A stretch of 64,000 nucleotides of DNA from the human T2T-CHM13v2.0 reference genome, Homo sapiens: NCBI RefSeq assembly GCF_009914755.1, contig NC_060931.1; one strand, given 5' to 3'. The translations under genes and the position numbers were made by a program. Positions 30,291 to 44,253 of the stretch are shown here, in pieces (position 1 is the stretch's first letter; every line of letters starts with the position of its first letter). The notes below the pieces were generated by a model. That model had not been told where the DNA came from. It was given only the letters and a program-made list of their open reading frames with translations, and did no database searches.

Positions 30291-31780
30291 TATGCTAGAA
30301 ATAGAATGCATGGTTTCCATTTAAAAATCAAACAAACTTCAAAGCCTCAAATTCACAGAATTGAGTGCACTTATGATTATTCTGATTTCCATTTTTCAGG
30401 ACTTCTCTTTGATTAGTCTCCACACTTCAATGTGTTTGCATGTGTTTAGATGTACTTCAGAAAAATGATATATGTATCAAAGTTCTTTCCATATTGTGAA
30501 CTAGGTACATATCACATGCACATCTGTGTGAGAAGAAACAAACAGCTTCATGACCACAGAGCTTGCCACATGAAGCCTCTCCATCACAAAAGGGTCTCAT
30601 TCTTTTTGCTCTACACATTGCCTCATATCTGTGTTGACTAGGCCACCATTTTTTTGGGCAAACAATGCTCCTTATGCATCTCAGACAATACAAATTCTTC
30701 TCCTTGAAGTATCCTATTCTCTTCTACAATTGAAAGAGTAATATTCATTCTTCAAAATCTTATGTAGGTTCCTCCACACCTTAAGTTACACCCAGGTAGA
30801 GTGATTTATTCTTTCCCATATATTCGCATTACTCTGGTAGTTAATCTGTCACATTCAAATAATTTGTTTACACGTCTATCTCCCACACTAAATTATGAGC
30901 TTCTTATGGGCCTAAATATATCTTTATCTTCAGCATCGAACCAAAATCTGGCACATAGTAGATATTGAATCTTTGCTTAAGGCACTCATCCACAAAGTGA
31001 TGACTTCGTGGAATGCAAATACAACTCTACCTATATAAACATATTTTTGGGAAAATCACTGTCAGAAATACATTTTTAAAGCGATTAATGTCAATAAAAT
31101 AACAAAATAGTCTCCATATTAACTAATCAAGTCTACCAGAGTCAGAAATAATAAAAAAAAACTATAATTATTTTAATATTACACTAGAACTTCAAATTTG
31201 AACATCTGGCCTACCTAAAATTATTTGTATAGAAATATAAATGAATTGCTTTATTTTTAAATTATAAATTTGTTTCTAGATTAAGACACATGGCACTAAG
31301 ATGCTTACATAATCCTCATTTAAACCCAAGAAAACAGCTAAAAGTAATGAAATCACAAATAATTTTTTTTCACAGCATGGTTGGGATATGCCTTGTATTA
31401 AATCTTTAAAATTTGTGTAACCAAAAGGAGAATTTTTAAAAGTTAATTAGAATCTCTTATTTTCTCTAGATGTGAATGTTAAAATGGCAAATTTAATGTG
31501 ACAATGTTCATTTCAATGTAAGAATTTGAATGTCATGTTGTTAAAACCATTAGTTGTATTAAAGAATGATGCTAATATAAAGTTGTGAGCAAAAATTGTT
31601 AATTAGAAAAAAATACCTATTATTTTATTTCATATTGCTATAATGAAATAACATGCAGATTAATAGTTGAGTATCTTAATGTGTAAGTTTTATGTGATTC
31701 TTTTATCACACATTTTCCCTATTTTCTAAGGCAGGTTTCTCAATTTTATTTTCAAGTTAGTTCTTTAAGAAAATAAAGGA

Positions 31781-32074
31781 GGCTGGGGATGGTGGCTCAC
31801 ACCTGTAATCCCAGCACTTTGGGAGGCCAAGTGGGCGGATCATGAGGTCAGCACTTCGAGACCAGCCCGGCCAATATGTCTCTACTAAAAATACAAAAAT
31901 TAGCCGAGCGTGGTGGCATGTGCCTGTAATCCCAGCTACTCAGGAGGCTGAGGCAGAAGAATTGCTTGAACCCTGAAAGGTGGAGGTTGCAGCGAGCCAA
32001 GATCATGCCACTGCACTCCAGCCTGGGCAACAGAGCGAGACTCCGTCTCAAAAAAAAATAAAATAAACAAATAA
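31781..32074 (+). mobile_element. AluS with small internal deletion
   Basis: Lacks ggtgaaacccc before tctctactaaaa; TSD aagaaaataaagga. Confidence 0.92.
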
Positions 32075-32294
32075 GGAAAGAAAATAAAGGAGATTGCTTT
32101 CAACAGTTTCTCTGAGAGCATCTGCCTTTTATAACCTGTATTTTTTTCATTATATAATATTTTTAAGGCTACATTGTCAGCTGGAGTGTAACAATGGTGT
32201 AACAGTTCCTGTATTAAAATTTCCACCCTGATAAAACAAAAACCACCAGGTAATGACAGTTCTTAGAGTCCTACAACTGGACTTTAATTCTCTC

Positions 32295-32507
<213 letters not shown>

Positions 32508-33332
32508 TAACGAAGTAACCCCCTTTCCTAGCAAATTCTGACATTAACCTTCCTTGACAATCTTATGGAGAAGTGGCCTAAATTTGTTTTATTAGAAGAA
32601 GAAAGAGATTATGTGGGACACAAGTTTCCTCTTTTGCTTTGTATGTCCCCAGGAATATTTTATCCCGATATGTAAGTGTGTGTGCAAGAAACATAAGGTA
32701 TTCATTAGCTTGTCCTCTTGAACTCAGCTGGCAGGAAGTCAAACAAACTGAAATCCTCAGTGTCTACTTCCAAGAGGTACCTGAGGCAAACACCTAAAAG
32801 ATTATATTGGAAAAACGAGATTACCTCTCTACTCTCACCAAGGAGCCAGGAGGAACTCCAGTAGCCACAGCGTCTGTTTATTTGTTGAATGCCTACAATG
32901 TGCCAAGCTATAGGAGACAATTTCTCATCCCCACCTCTAATGTCAAAACATTCTTACCAAGAATTATTATAATTTTCATCTTACAGAAGAGGAAAATGAG
33001 ATGGAAAAACCTAAGGAAGCTGTCCAACTTTTATATGGTTAATGTGGGCCAGAGGCCAGACTCAATTCTGGTCTATCCTGTTACACCTCATTAGCAGTCA
33101 GTGTATATAATAGAAGTTGGTCTGGGAAGAGGTAAGATATTAACTTGTAGTAAGCATCATTTCCCTCTCTTTCCCAGGACATGCAAGGCATGGGTGACTT
33201 GAAGAGAGAAATGATTCCATTCCATAGCTTGACAAAAGAAATAACCTTCCATAGTCATAATTTGTCTCTGAGTTATTAGCCAGGCTGAAGTCTACAAAAT
33301 TGACCATAACTTCATAAAAAGGTTCTCTGTAA

Positions 33333-33793
33333 TAGTGTTTCCCAAACATCAATGAAGAATTGAACCATCTGGGGGTCTTGTTAAAATATGTAGATTCTGA
33401 TTTTTTTTTTTTTTTTTGAGACAGAGTCTTGCTCTGTCCCCCAGGCTGGAGTGTTGTGGTGTGATTTCAGCTCACTGCAACCTCTGCCTCCTGTGTTCAA
33501 ACAATTCTCCTGCCTCAGCCTCCTGAGTAGCTGAGATTACAGGAGCCCATCATCATACCTGGCTAATTTTTAGTAAAGATGGGGTTTCACCATGTTAGCC
33601 ATGCTGGTCTCGAACTCCTGACCTTAGATGATCCACTTACCTTGGCCTCCCAAAGAGCTGGGATTACAGGTGTGAGCCATCATGCCTCACCTAGATTCAG
33701 ATTCTGTAAGGTAGGTTGAGGCCCGAAATTCTGCTTGTAACAACCTCTTAGGCAATGCTGATGCTGGTCTATAGGCCACATGCACAGAACAGT
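33333..33793. mobile_element. MER5A-like hAT element split by an Alu
   Basis: cttgttaaaatatgtagattctga [Alu] ttctgtaaggtaggttgaggcccgaaattctgc...ggcaatgctgatgctggtc. Confidence 0.7.
33401..33691 (-). mobile_element. AluS
   Basis: Full reverse Alu; TSD tagattc(t/a)ga. Confidence 0.92.
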
Positions 33794-34058
33794 GAAGCTC
33801 CAGGCAAAGATAAGACATCTCTCCTCACCTCCTCATTGCAATAGTGGCTGGAGTGTGAAGGGGCACCAATGAGGAGCTCTCCACATGAATTTGGGCAAAA
33901 AATACTGACATGAGGCATGGACTCTATCCGGAATTAATTTTTCCTGTATCAAATTATTTAGCCCAATTTTCTTTCATTGCTCACATTTGATACTTCATAG
34001 TCTCTTAGAGAAAAATATTTCTGATTTCTAGTAAAATTAACTTTTGTTTTCAGCTTCA

Positions 34059-34478
<420 letters not shown>

Positions 34479-37292
34479 TTAATTTCAAAAACTCACATTA
34501 CATTCTTCCTTTCGCTATGTGAACAAGAAGAGGATCATCTCAAATCATAACTAAAATATACAGGAACTATGTCCTACAACCTCTATTAGGTAATGGACAT
34601 AGGAAGATAGTCAAGAAAATGACTCCGTTTTGGGAAAGTATAGCTAGTGAGAGAAACAGAATTGTAACTAGAAAAGCATAATAAATTATGTGGTATGAAT
34701 ATGTGTGAACAGTTTTGGGGAACCACCTATTTTTCCTAGGATTACTATCCAGGCAGTGACCTTCAAAGATACAGAACACCTGTGTCTATAACTAGCATTC
34801 TCTTAGAAGAAAACATTCCAGACAGTGAAAAAAATGGGTAAATACCCATGGGCATAAAAGAACACAGTTTAGTTTGGTACACTGGCTAGAATGGTTGTTG
34901 AGACAAGTATGAAAAAACTTCTAGCCTTCTTCAATAGAACTTAATTCAGGCAATCTCAGACATAGAGCATTCTATAGCTTGGGGAGAGAGAAACACGAGA
35001 AATGAACAACTGATAACTTTATCAAAGGTCTGCCAGTCACTGGTCATGGTTAAATGTGTTCTTTCAGGTTCAGGGGATATGTACTACTAATAGATATAGT
35101 AATAGTTTAATACCAATTTCTTTGCTCCTGACTTAGATAAATGGAATTAGCAAATACTTTTCCTAAACTCTAATGCATCAATCATAAAAGAAAGACTTAT
35201 GATTCCCAGAGTAGCAACTATATATTAGGAAATAAAAGTTACCATCTGCAGCACCATACAAAGGCTTGCATGCACAATGAGACTGAGTTATTGTAACCTG
35301 GGGATCCGCACAGAACAGATTTTCATATACTACTAGCCAATCCCAGCTTCTTTTCACGTTTTCACTTTTGAAATAAAATAGGGGTAGAAATATTTTATTT
35401 TCTGAAGCGTTTCTTTACCTTAGCACACACTGAGAGAGTAATTCACACAGGTGTGTGGAAGGGGTTGTCTATGATATTTCGAAGGGATGATTTATATACT
35501 CTGGCTTTTCTTTTACAACAGTGAGAACACCTAAAGGACTGTGTGTGCAAAATCTTCCTCCCAAAGCATGATTATAGTAACATAGCTGGCAAGAAGGCCT
35601 AAGCGAAACCCCGCTCTTTAGACAGACATATGCTGAATTACCCTAAAGAGTCCAATTATCTCCACCTAAACAAGGAAAGTACAAAAAAATAAGACAAATA
35701 ACTTTTCATAGGCTTTAACAATTCTTGCACCTAACCTAAAACCCAACCACTTAAATGGAAACTGTATCAATAATTTATCTAGAAACCTAGTTATAGGTTA
35801 CCTGCCCTACTTACAAAATCAATTAATTTCAATTCTCTCATTGCTTCCTTACATGTATGCAGCTTGATATTTTCCAGCTTCTGAGTTTTGTTTATTCTTT
35901 TCAGGGTTCTCAACAGAGAACCTTCAAGCCAGACACAGGGCTGAAACAGGAGGTTTAGTACTACTAAGGACATACTTTAAAATGATTCTTACATAGTGCT
36001 GTGGTTTAAGGACAACTGGAAGACCAGAGGAAAAGAATGTTTCTTCCTCCTCATGCTCTGGTGTGAACTTAAGGTTTCTAAAAAGTGTTAGGCTGACTGT
36101 AATGAAATGGAAATTCTACTATCTATCAATAAGATGATGCTATATTTATAGAACATGAGCCACAAGAGAGCTATACTGGGCACTTTCAATAAACCTCAAT
36201 TAAAGTGATCAATATTGCTAAAACAATCTTTAAAAGCACCTCTGACAGAAAACTTCTTTGAGATTACTTTTAAATGCTGAGATAGACTAAGTACTTCAAG
36301 ATATAATGGGAAGTGAATTCCAGTGTCCAGGAATATGATTGCTAACTGTCCTAACTTCTAGGGTCTCAAGGTTATGATTTAAATGAATAAAATCTCGATG
36401 AATTTGTGAATAAAAGGTATTTTTGCCTTTTATACTTAGGAAAGGAAATGTGAGTAGTATCTTAACACAGCTTGTGCTAAGTCCCATTGACCATTTAATG
36501 ATTTTTTTCCCCCATCCCAAATGTTAAACAGTTCTTCTTCCTCTCTGACAATTCAGATGCCACTTATTGGTCATAGTTTGCTTGAGATCCCACCTCTTTA
36601 CAAATCCTTTCCTTTGTGCTCTAGTTTTATTAAAATCTGTACAGCCAAATACAGTTCTTGATCATAGGCTCTTAGAGTAGTTGCCAATTGTTTTTTATAA
36701 GTCTTAGCTCCACAACCGAAAATAGCTTCCTACAGGCAAGCTTCGTGCTATGTTATGCCTCACAGCCTCCATATTAATAAGCAGAGTGCTAACCACTACA
36801 TGATAATTTTGCTCAAAATGCAAATAAAGCTCACACCTTAGATGGGTTTTCAGGCCTCACAACTTATTACAGCTTAGTTAGCAAAGCATAGCCATCTTCG
36901 GATGAGACCTAGAAGGGCCTGGATGCAAAGAACTAAAGGATGATCAGAGTGGGAGATTCAGGAAAAGAGGTACCTTAGGAGGAACGGAGAGGGAAAGACA
37001 GACTATGATTTTGCCAGACTGATTCTAAATACTTGTTGATATGGGTAGTAAATTTCTTTTTTGAAATATTGTAATAGCAAGCACTCAAGTGTGATTTCTT
37101 ACATGGAAAATCCTGACAGAAGGGAGATCCTGGGACTGTCCTAGTGTATCCACCTATTAGGTTTCCAAACTAGCCAACCCAGTGAAGAGAATTGCTCTTT
37201 ATTGAGCCAGGCTAGTTACACTATCTTTTCCCACTATATTGGTGCCTTAGTATTCATTTATTCATTCAGTCAGTCATTTAACAAATGTTTAG

Positions 37293-37606
<314 letters not shown>

Positions 37607-38874
37607 CTAGTGCATATCTTATATCTGAGTTGACATGATTTGAAGTCCTACAGATAGATACGGTTGTGAGCAAAATGAATTTGGACCCTCACTTTAGAAG
37701 GTCCTGCCTCCTGGCAGAGAAAGACATTAATCAAGTAATAACACTAACATAAAACTAAATATTGAAAAAAACCCAAAACACCCGAGAAGTGTAATGAAGA
37801 AAAAGCATGAGAAGCCTGGAGCACATTTTATAGAGAGAGCCAATTAAATGGCTGAGCAAGCAAAGTGGGTAGAAATGTGTTCCAGCAGAGGCACCAGCAT
37901 GTGCTAAGGTCCTGAGAGGGAAGGAAATATGATGCTTTCTAAGATCTGAAAGAAAGGCTCTTCGTAAACAGCTGTACGAATCCAAGATCAAGAATCCTCC
38001 CACACTTGGCCAGCAGTTCCTTAGCTCGGCATTTGAGCTTTTGTGGCCCTTTGAGTGAAATAACCCAGAGGGTTTGGTTCTCTGCTACAGACCAGAGAAA
38101 GCCCTCATCCCTGTGCCTTTATTTGGCCGGGGTTGTGCTTTTGTGGAAAGTGCTTGGCAAGATCAATCCAAAGTTTCAGAACAAATCTTTGAGTGGCTTC
38201 CAGAGTCAGTTGAGATTTGTTGCTTCGTGGAGAAAGATAGAAACTTCAGACTGAGAGGATCTTAAAGATGCCTGAACTGCTTGCAGGACTGGTGTATTAG
38301 AGAGATTGTCTTATAACAAAAGTGATCTCTTATTTAATATATTATTTCCTCCCCCAGCCCCAGATGGCAAAAAGGTGAATAAGTTGAGTAGCTGGCTCTG
38401 GAATTTGAGCTGAGGTCCTATTAATATGGGAACTTCCTGAGCTACAATGCTTCAACTGGAGTCATCAGTTAAGCTTGTGTCTTCTCCTCCATTGGCTAAC
38501 TGGCTGGCAATGAGCCTCTTACTTGACAGTACACAGTATTGTTAGTTTCCTTAAACACTCTGAAGTTTGACTTACTTTACTGATTTAAAGAGAAAAACAA
38601 CTATTCTAACTGTTCCTCCACATGGTGAATATCACCTAAATTTTCAAACACCAATTAAGGACACTTTTTATATCATCACACTTATTGAATCTGATGTATT
38701 CTTAGTGTGCCTAGGGAGAATGAGTAAAGAATCTGTAGGAGAAAACAGAATAATGCACTTCTTCTGGAAAGCAGGCTTATGTGACAGAAAGCCATCCTTG
38801 TGATGAGAACTAGGGAAAAAAACTAACCGTCCTACTGTTGACTTTGTGTATTTTATAGGTCTTGACATGCTTGA

Positions 38875-39246
<372 letters not shown>

Positions 39247-41883
39247 TATAACAAAGTTCTAACCTTTGTTAAGGTACACCTAATGCAGTCAAAAAGGCAA
39301 CACACTTTTTTTTTTTTTTCCAATTAAAATTCTGTTATCTTCAGAGTAAGCAGCTGAGATCTTAGAAAGAGTGCCACAAGCTGTGTGACTAAGAGCAAAA
39401 GCTGATTGCAGACAGTAGAAGAAAAATGTTCCTGAAATTGAACATAAAATTAAAGTGTTTTAAGCTCAGTCTTTTATCATATCTGCTTATTTAATGTCAT
39501 GTTGTCACCTAATAAGGCTTTTAAAAATTGAAAAGAGAGTTTAAGGTAGTAGGGTTCTAAAGTGATAGAGAAAATGGATGTCAGAAAGCAGGCCATTACT
39601 ACTTAAGATATTCTCAGAAAGTTAGTAGCTTTGTGATTAAAAATGTTTCAAGAAGAATTCAGTTAGAGTAAAATATGTTTGCCTGAAACTTAATTGTTTT
39701 ATCAAGTTTTCCTTTACGTGCCACAGGCATCTTACGAATAACTAATTTATTCTTGGGAAATTTTGTGTTTTCCAAGCTCAAAGCTATAGGAATACAGGAA
39801 TACAGACACTTATTTCCAAATGTGAATTTTTCTTTTTTAGCTCTCATTAAGAACTCATCGGCATCTTAAATGTTGTTCAGGTAGCACATAAATCTCACTG
39901 CGAAAATTTTGTTATTTCTGGATGTTCTCATTTCTCCCTTGATGGTTTCTGAGCTGTGAACTATTTTCTACAGTTTAGTTATTTTGCAACTTTTAAAACA
40001 AAATTCCATTGGTGGGAAGTTTCTAAGATTGTGATTCTTTTATATGTACACATTATCTGGTTTAAATATGAGTGCCATCCATCTTCTCCAAGATCCAGCA
40101 AGCTCTGCTCTTAGCTTTACAAACATGGTCCTCTAATTCTGAACATCTGAAATTTCTCTGGGTAAAACCACCTCACCTGTAGTCATTAACAATATTTAAG
40201 GGTGACTTGGTAATCCTCTTAGGAACTTTGAGATCCATGTTTTCATTATATCACCTCACCTATTGTTTTGTTTGCTGTTCTACTATAATTGCATCAATTT
40301 CCCCAAAGCACACCATGTACCATAGTCAGATTGTCTACATGTATAAAAGCAGCAATCGGATCTACATGCTGTATTAAAGTTCCATTTCCATTGTTCTACT
40401 AAAGAGGCAAATCTTATTGCCTCTGTAAGGTCTTAGCTTTATCAAAATTATTCTAAACAGACACCATGAAAATCTGTGCTCTAATTCTCAGCCTATGGGA
40501 AGGTGCTCATGATGAAAACCCTTGGAGGGTTACCCTTCAGTGGAGCAAATATTATTACACTTAAAACACTTACGAAACTGTTTCCATCTTGTTAAAAGTA
40601 TTGTACTCAAGTCTTTCTTGTCCTAGTGTGGAGATGACTCCATGTCATTTTGCAGAAAGCATCTGAAGTGTTTCCAAATTTCTATAATTTGGAAACTAGC
40701 ATAAAATTTAAAGAATTATTATTTTTTTCTGCACAATGCACATACTATTGCACTATTTTGCATCCTCATGCTCCCCTCTCTAGTGGATAGTGCCTCAACA
40801 CTGTACCTCTTGCCTAAGATTTAAACCTGCTCTGTAGTCACACAATCATCCTAAAATGCTATACAATAGAGAACCGATTTCGCACACCCCCAAACAACAC
40901 ATGCTCTTAATCAGTCCCTCAAACCAGAGCTCTCTGCTAAAGCGCATCCTGCCTCTGCTGGCTGGAGCTTTCACAAACCAAAGCCCAAATAAAGGAACAG
41001 TGTGGCTGCTGTAGCACCTCCACTCCCTGCTCAGTACAGGAATTCTTTAATAAGCACATGTGTAGTACAGGACAGTAGTACATTCCCTCCCTGCATTCTA
41101 GCGCGGGGACACATCTTTTTCCTTGCACAATGGATCACAATTCTAAAAAGGGAAAACATGATAAGATACAAAAACACAGCTTTTTACTTTCAGAGATGGA
41201 CGATACAGGCAAATATCTATTTTTTTTTTTTAACCTGTCAGCCCTCCCGAAAGTCCAAATGTAAGCTGCCACACATGCATGGGTCTTTCCTTAAAGAAAT
41301 TGTTTGATGAGCCCACTTAACAACAAAGTGCTTTAGATCACGTCCGAAAATATATGTAATCTACCCTTTTAAAAATGGAAACCTATGATTGCCAGAAAGA
41401 TATCTTCTGCAAGCTTTGCTCTGGGTAGTTTGTACTGAAGTAAAACCGTCACCACCCACTCCCCATTCAAGCCGAGATTTAAAAAGGCAGGCGAACTGAA
41501 AGGAACCACAAGTCAGTCCGTCCCCATCAGAAAACAGAGATCAGAGCAAATCACAATGCTGAGGAACGGCTCGACTACTCAAAGACCATCTCCCTCAGGA
41601 CGAGACAGAGATATGGAGCCATTTTTCACTAGGTTCACAAGAAAATGTCAGCTCACAGCTGCTAGTGCACTGCCAGAGCGCATCTTAATTTGGTCCAAAG
41701 GGACTCAGCCAGTCACCCTCACAGAACATTTTCTTAAAGAGTCCCCATTACAAATGTGATTCCCTCAGCTCCGAGCATCTTCTTGTTATAGTCTGTGGCA
41801 ACTGCATGGCACCGAACTGCATCCTATTCAGAACTAAATGCTTCCCCCCATTTCCTCTTAACATCATGTGAATTAGACACTTC

Positions 41884-42746
41884 TGAGTCAAAGGGGAAAA
41901 AAAAGAGGAAGAGAAAAAAGCATCTCTTCCTACTCCCCACCCTTCTCCACGTTCTTGACTAATACCTCTGGGCAGTTTACTTCAGAATAGAGCAGATTCT
42001 TGACCAGGGCACAATGGCAAATTGGCATACAAGCCCCTTGCTATCACGGAAAGCACAAGCAATGCTTTCTTTGTAAAAACACAGGAAAATACACATGCTG
42101 GAACAAAAGACACTCTATCTGCACAGCAAGAAACAAGAGAAATTATGTGTTTGTTTTACACACATCTGTACCCACTGGTTGTAAAAAAGGCTTTAAACCT
42201 ATTTTAATTATAACACATTGTATTTTTTTCCCCAAACCAGGTCCCCATAAAATTAATTTTTTAAGCTTCGGCTCCAATAGGAGGTAAAACACACTCTGCT
42301 GGAAGAATACCTGGTGTGTGTCTTTGTTGATGGGGTGCCATTTCAAACTTATTATATTTGAAGTCAATTACGTGGGAAATAAAGATAAGGCAAATGCACT
42401 TGGTTCTCTGAACTATTCTGACATTAGAAGAAATGCCAAGTCAGCAGATATCTGCTGTTTACATTTCACAATAACCTAATCATGCATTTGCAGCTTTCTG
42501 GAGCAAAACACTAACTGTTCTCCAAACAGCCACCTGACAATCTAAGGCTGAAACACACATTCTGACTCAGAAGGAGACATCATGATGGCTTTCCACTGGC
42601 TGTATTAAACAAAAGCTCCGCAAACAAACGAGAGGCATTTGGCAAATGAAGTGAGAGTCGAATCAAGTTTAGGTTCACATCTGGTGGAATATGGCACTGC
42701 TTTCCCCAGGGGTTGAGGAGCAGAAGGGTTTGGAGGCTATAAATAG
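41884..42746. promoter_or_regulatory. First-intron motif cluster: AP-1 (41884-41890, 42563-42569) and MEF2 (42737-42746)
   Basis: Exact TGAGTCA/TGACTCA and CTATAAATAG (CTAW4TAG) in repeat-poor, CpG-elevated sequence next to the candidate first exon. Motif matches only. Confidence 0.4.
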
Positions 42747-42810
42747 AACACACACACATATGCACATACAGATATTTAAGCCAGACCCGGGTCAGTTTCA
42801 GCTTACTAAC

Positions 42811-43290
42811 CTAGAGCTCTGTTCAAAGGAAGCAGAGAAGCCGCACGTCCTCTCCCACCTTTCCATGGTCCTCAGTCAGTGTCTTCTCAAACCACCTGTA
42901 CTGATCCAACCCATTCGCAGATAAAAATAATTTTCTTGATAGAAGTAGTCTCAGCTGAGCTTTGATTTTTCAACATGGATGTCTAGAATTTTCCTCTTTA
43001 AGCCAGACACAGCAACACAAAACTGCCGCTGAGCTCTTTTGTTTTCCCTCCTCTCAAAGATGAAGCATGCAGCACTTCTCTCTCTCTCTCTCTGTCTCCC
43101 TCTGCCTCTCCCTCTCTCCCTCTCCCTCTCTCTCCTTCTCCCCTCTCTCGCTTATGCTCTCTCCCTCCGTTTCCCTTTCCCCAACCCCCACCAGCAACCT
43201 CGCTCGCTTCCCGGTCAGTCAGGGGCATTTACATCTCTCAGCACAAGAACCTGTGTTATCTACGCGCCTGTCTCTCACTTTTGGGTTTCC
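42811..43290 (-). other. Candidate first exon (GA-rich 5' leader) of an unidentified minus-strand gene; TSS approximate
   Basis: Donor TAG|gttagt at 42811/42810, long GA-rich tract 43075-43180, several CpGs, adjacent GC box, and a multi-kb Alu-free unique neighbourhood. Contains GACCATGG at 42866. Confidence 0.6.
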
Positions 43291-43420
43291 TCTGGGAAAG
43301 GGAGGGGGGCGGCTCTAGGTGAAGTCAGGTGACCCCTCCATTAAAAGCCAGTGAGATGGATGGAGTGTGTGAATTTTAATATACACACAGGCACATTTAC
43401 ATTACAAAGCAGCGAGGAAA
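43280..43420 (-). promoter_or_regulatory. Candidate non-CpG-island promoter
   Basis: gggaggggggcggc Sp/KLF-type GC box at ~43300-43313, directly upstream of the GA-rich leader. Confidence 0.5.
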
Positions 43421-43606
43421 ATCTAGCTCCTAGAGATTAAGCATTTTTGTTTTTGCTTTCATAGTCCCCTTTTACCAATTAAGAGAAGCTAGTATAGTAT
43501 AATGAAATGTAATTAAACTTTTCAGTGTTAATAACAAGGCTGTATCCTTTCAGAATCATCCAGCTGAACAATTCTTTTAAACTTGTAAGCATGACTGTTT
43601 CTTTTC

Positions 43607-44253
43607 CTTTCAAGGGTCAAAGAATCAGTCATTTTACTACTTACACACTTTTTCAAATTGGTCTTTTCTTTGACATCCATTTAAACTTATCTTGAAGTTA
43701 AGGACCATTGTAAAAGACAATAAAAATAATAATGTGAAAGGAAAAAAAAATAAGTGACAAAAACACCAAAGCACATAGCATAGGTAGAAATCAATAGTTT
43801 GCTGTTGTGGAACTAGATTCAATAATGAGTAATGCTTTGCTCTTAGACAAATAATTTTTCCCTTCTCTGTTTCAGTGTCTCTGTCTTAAATAGAAAATAA
43901 ATGTAATAAATATAGCAAGTATCCTCTTCTTGCAACCCAATCAAGCAAGCCTAGTAGAGAAGGGTGTCCAGATGCTAAGACCACGCAGCACCCCAGAGAC
44001 AGAAACAACTGGAAAAACTTGTGCTAACCTAGTATAGTATTGAAGATACATTTATAGTCTATGGACCTAGGCCCTAAAGAGTAAATTTGACACCATCTTC
44101 TCCTCTGCTGCAAAGTTTTTAATATCCAGTGGAGACCATCTCTTCTATCTCTACCACTGAATAGAAAAGATACGTAATCTGCTGTTAGGAATACTGTAAA
44201 GAAAAATGAGATAATATCCATTTTCTTTCAAGGGTCAAAGAATCAGTCATTTT
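43607..44253. repeat. 29-bp exact dispersed direct repeat (43607-43635; 44225-44253)
   Basis: ctttcaagggtcaaagaatcagtcatttt occurs twice, 618 bp apart. Confidence 0.95.

Noticed and set aside
35580-35680. Possible NUMT or small-RNA fragment
   Set aside because: Only superficial resemblance to mitochondrial 16S; does not align.
35905-35952. Plus-strand 48-nt exon candidate
   Set aside because: Good acceptor but weak donor (GAG|gtttag); no other support.
40670-40696. 11-bp-arm hairpins here and at 47633-47657
   Set aside because: Short and AT-rich, with no supporting context; too weak to report as functional.
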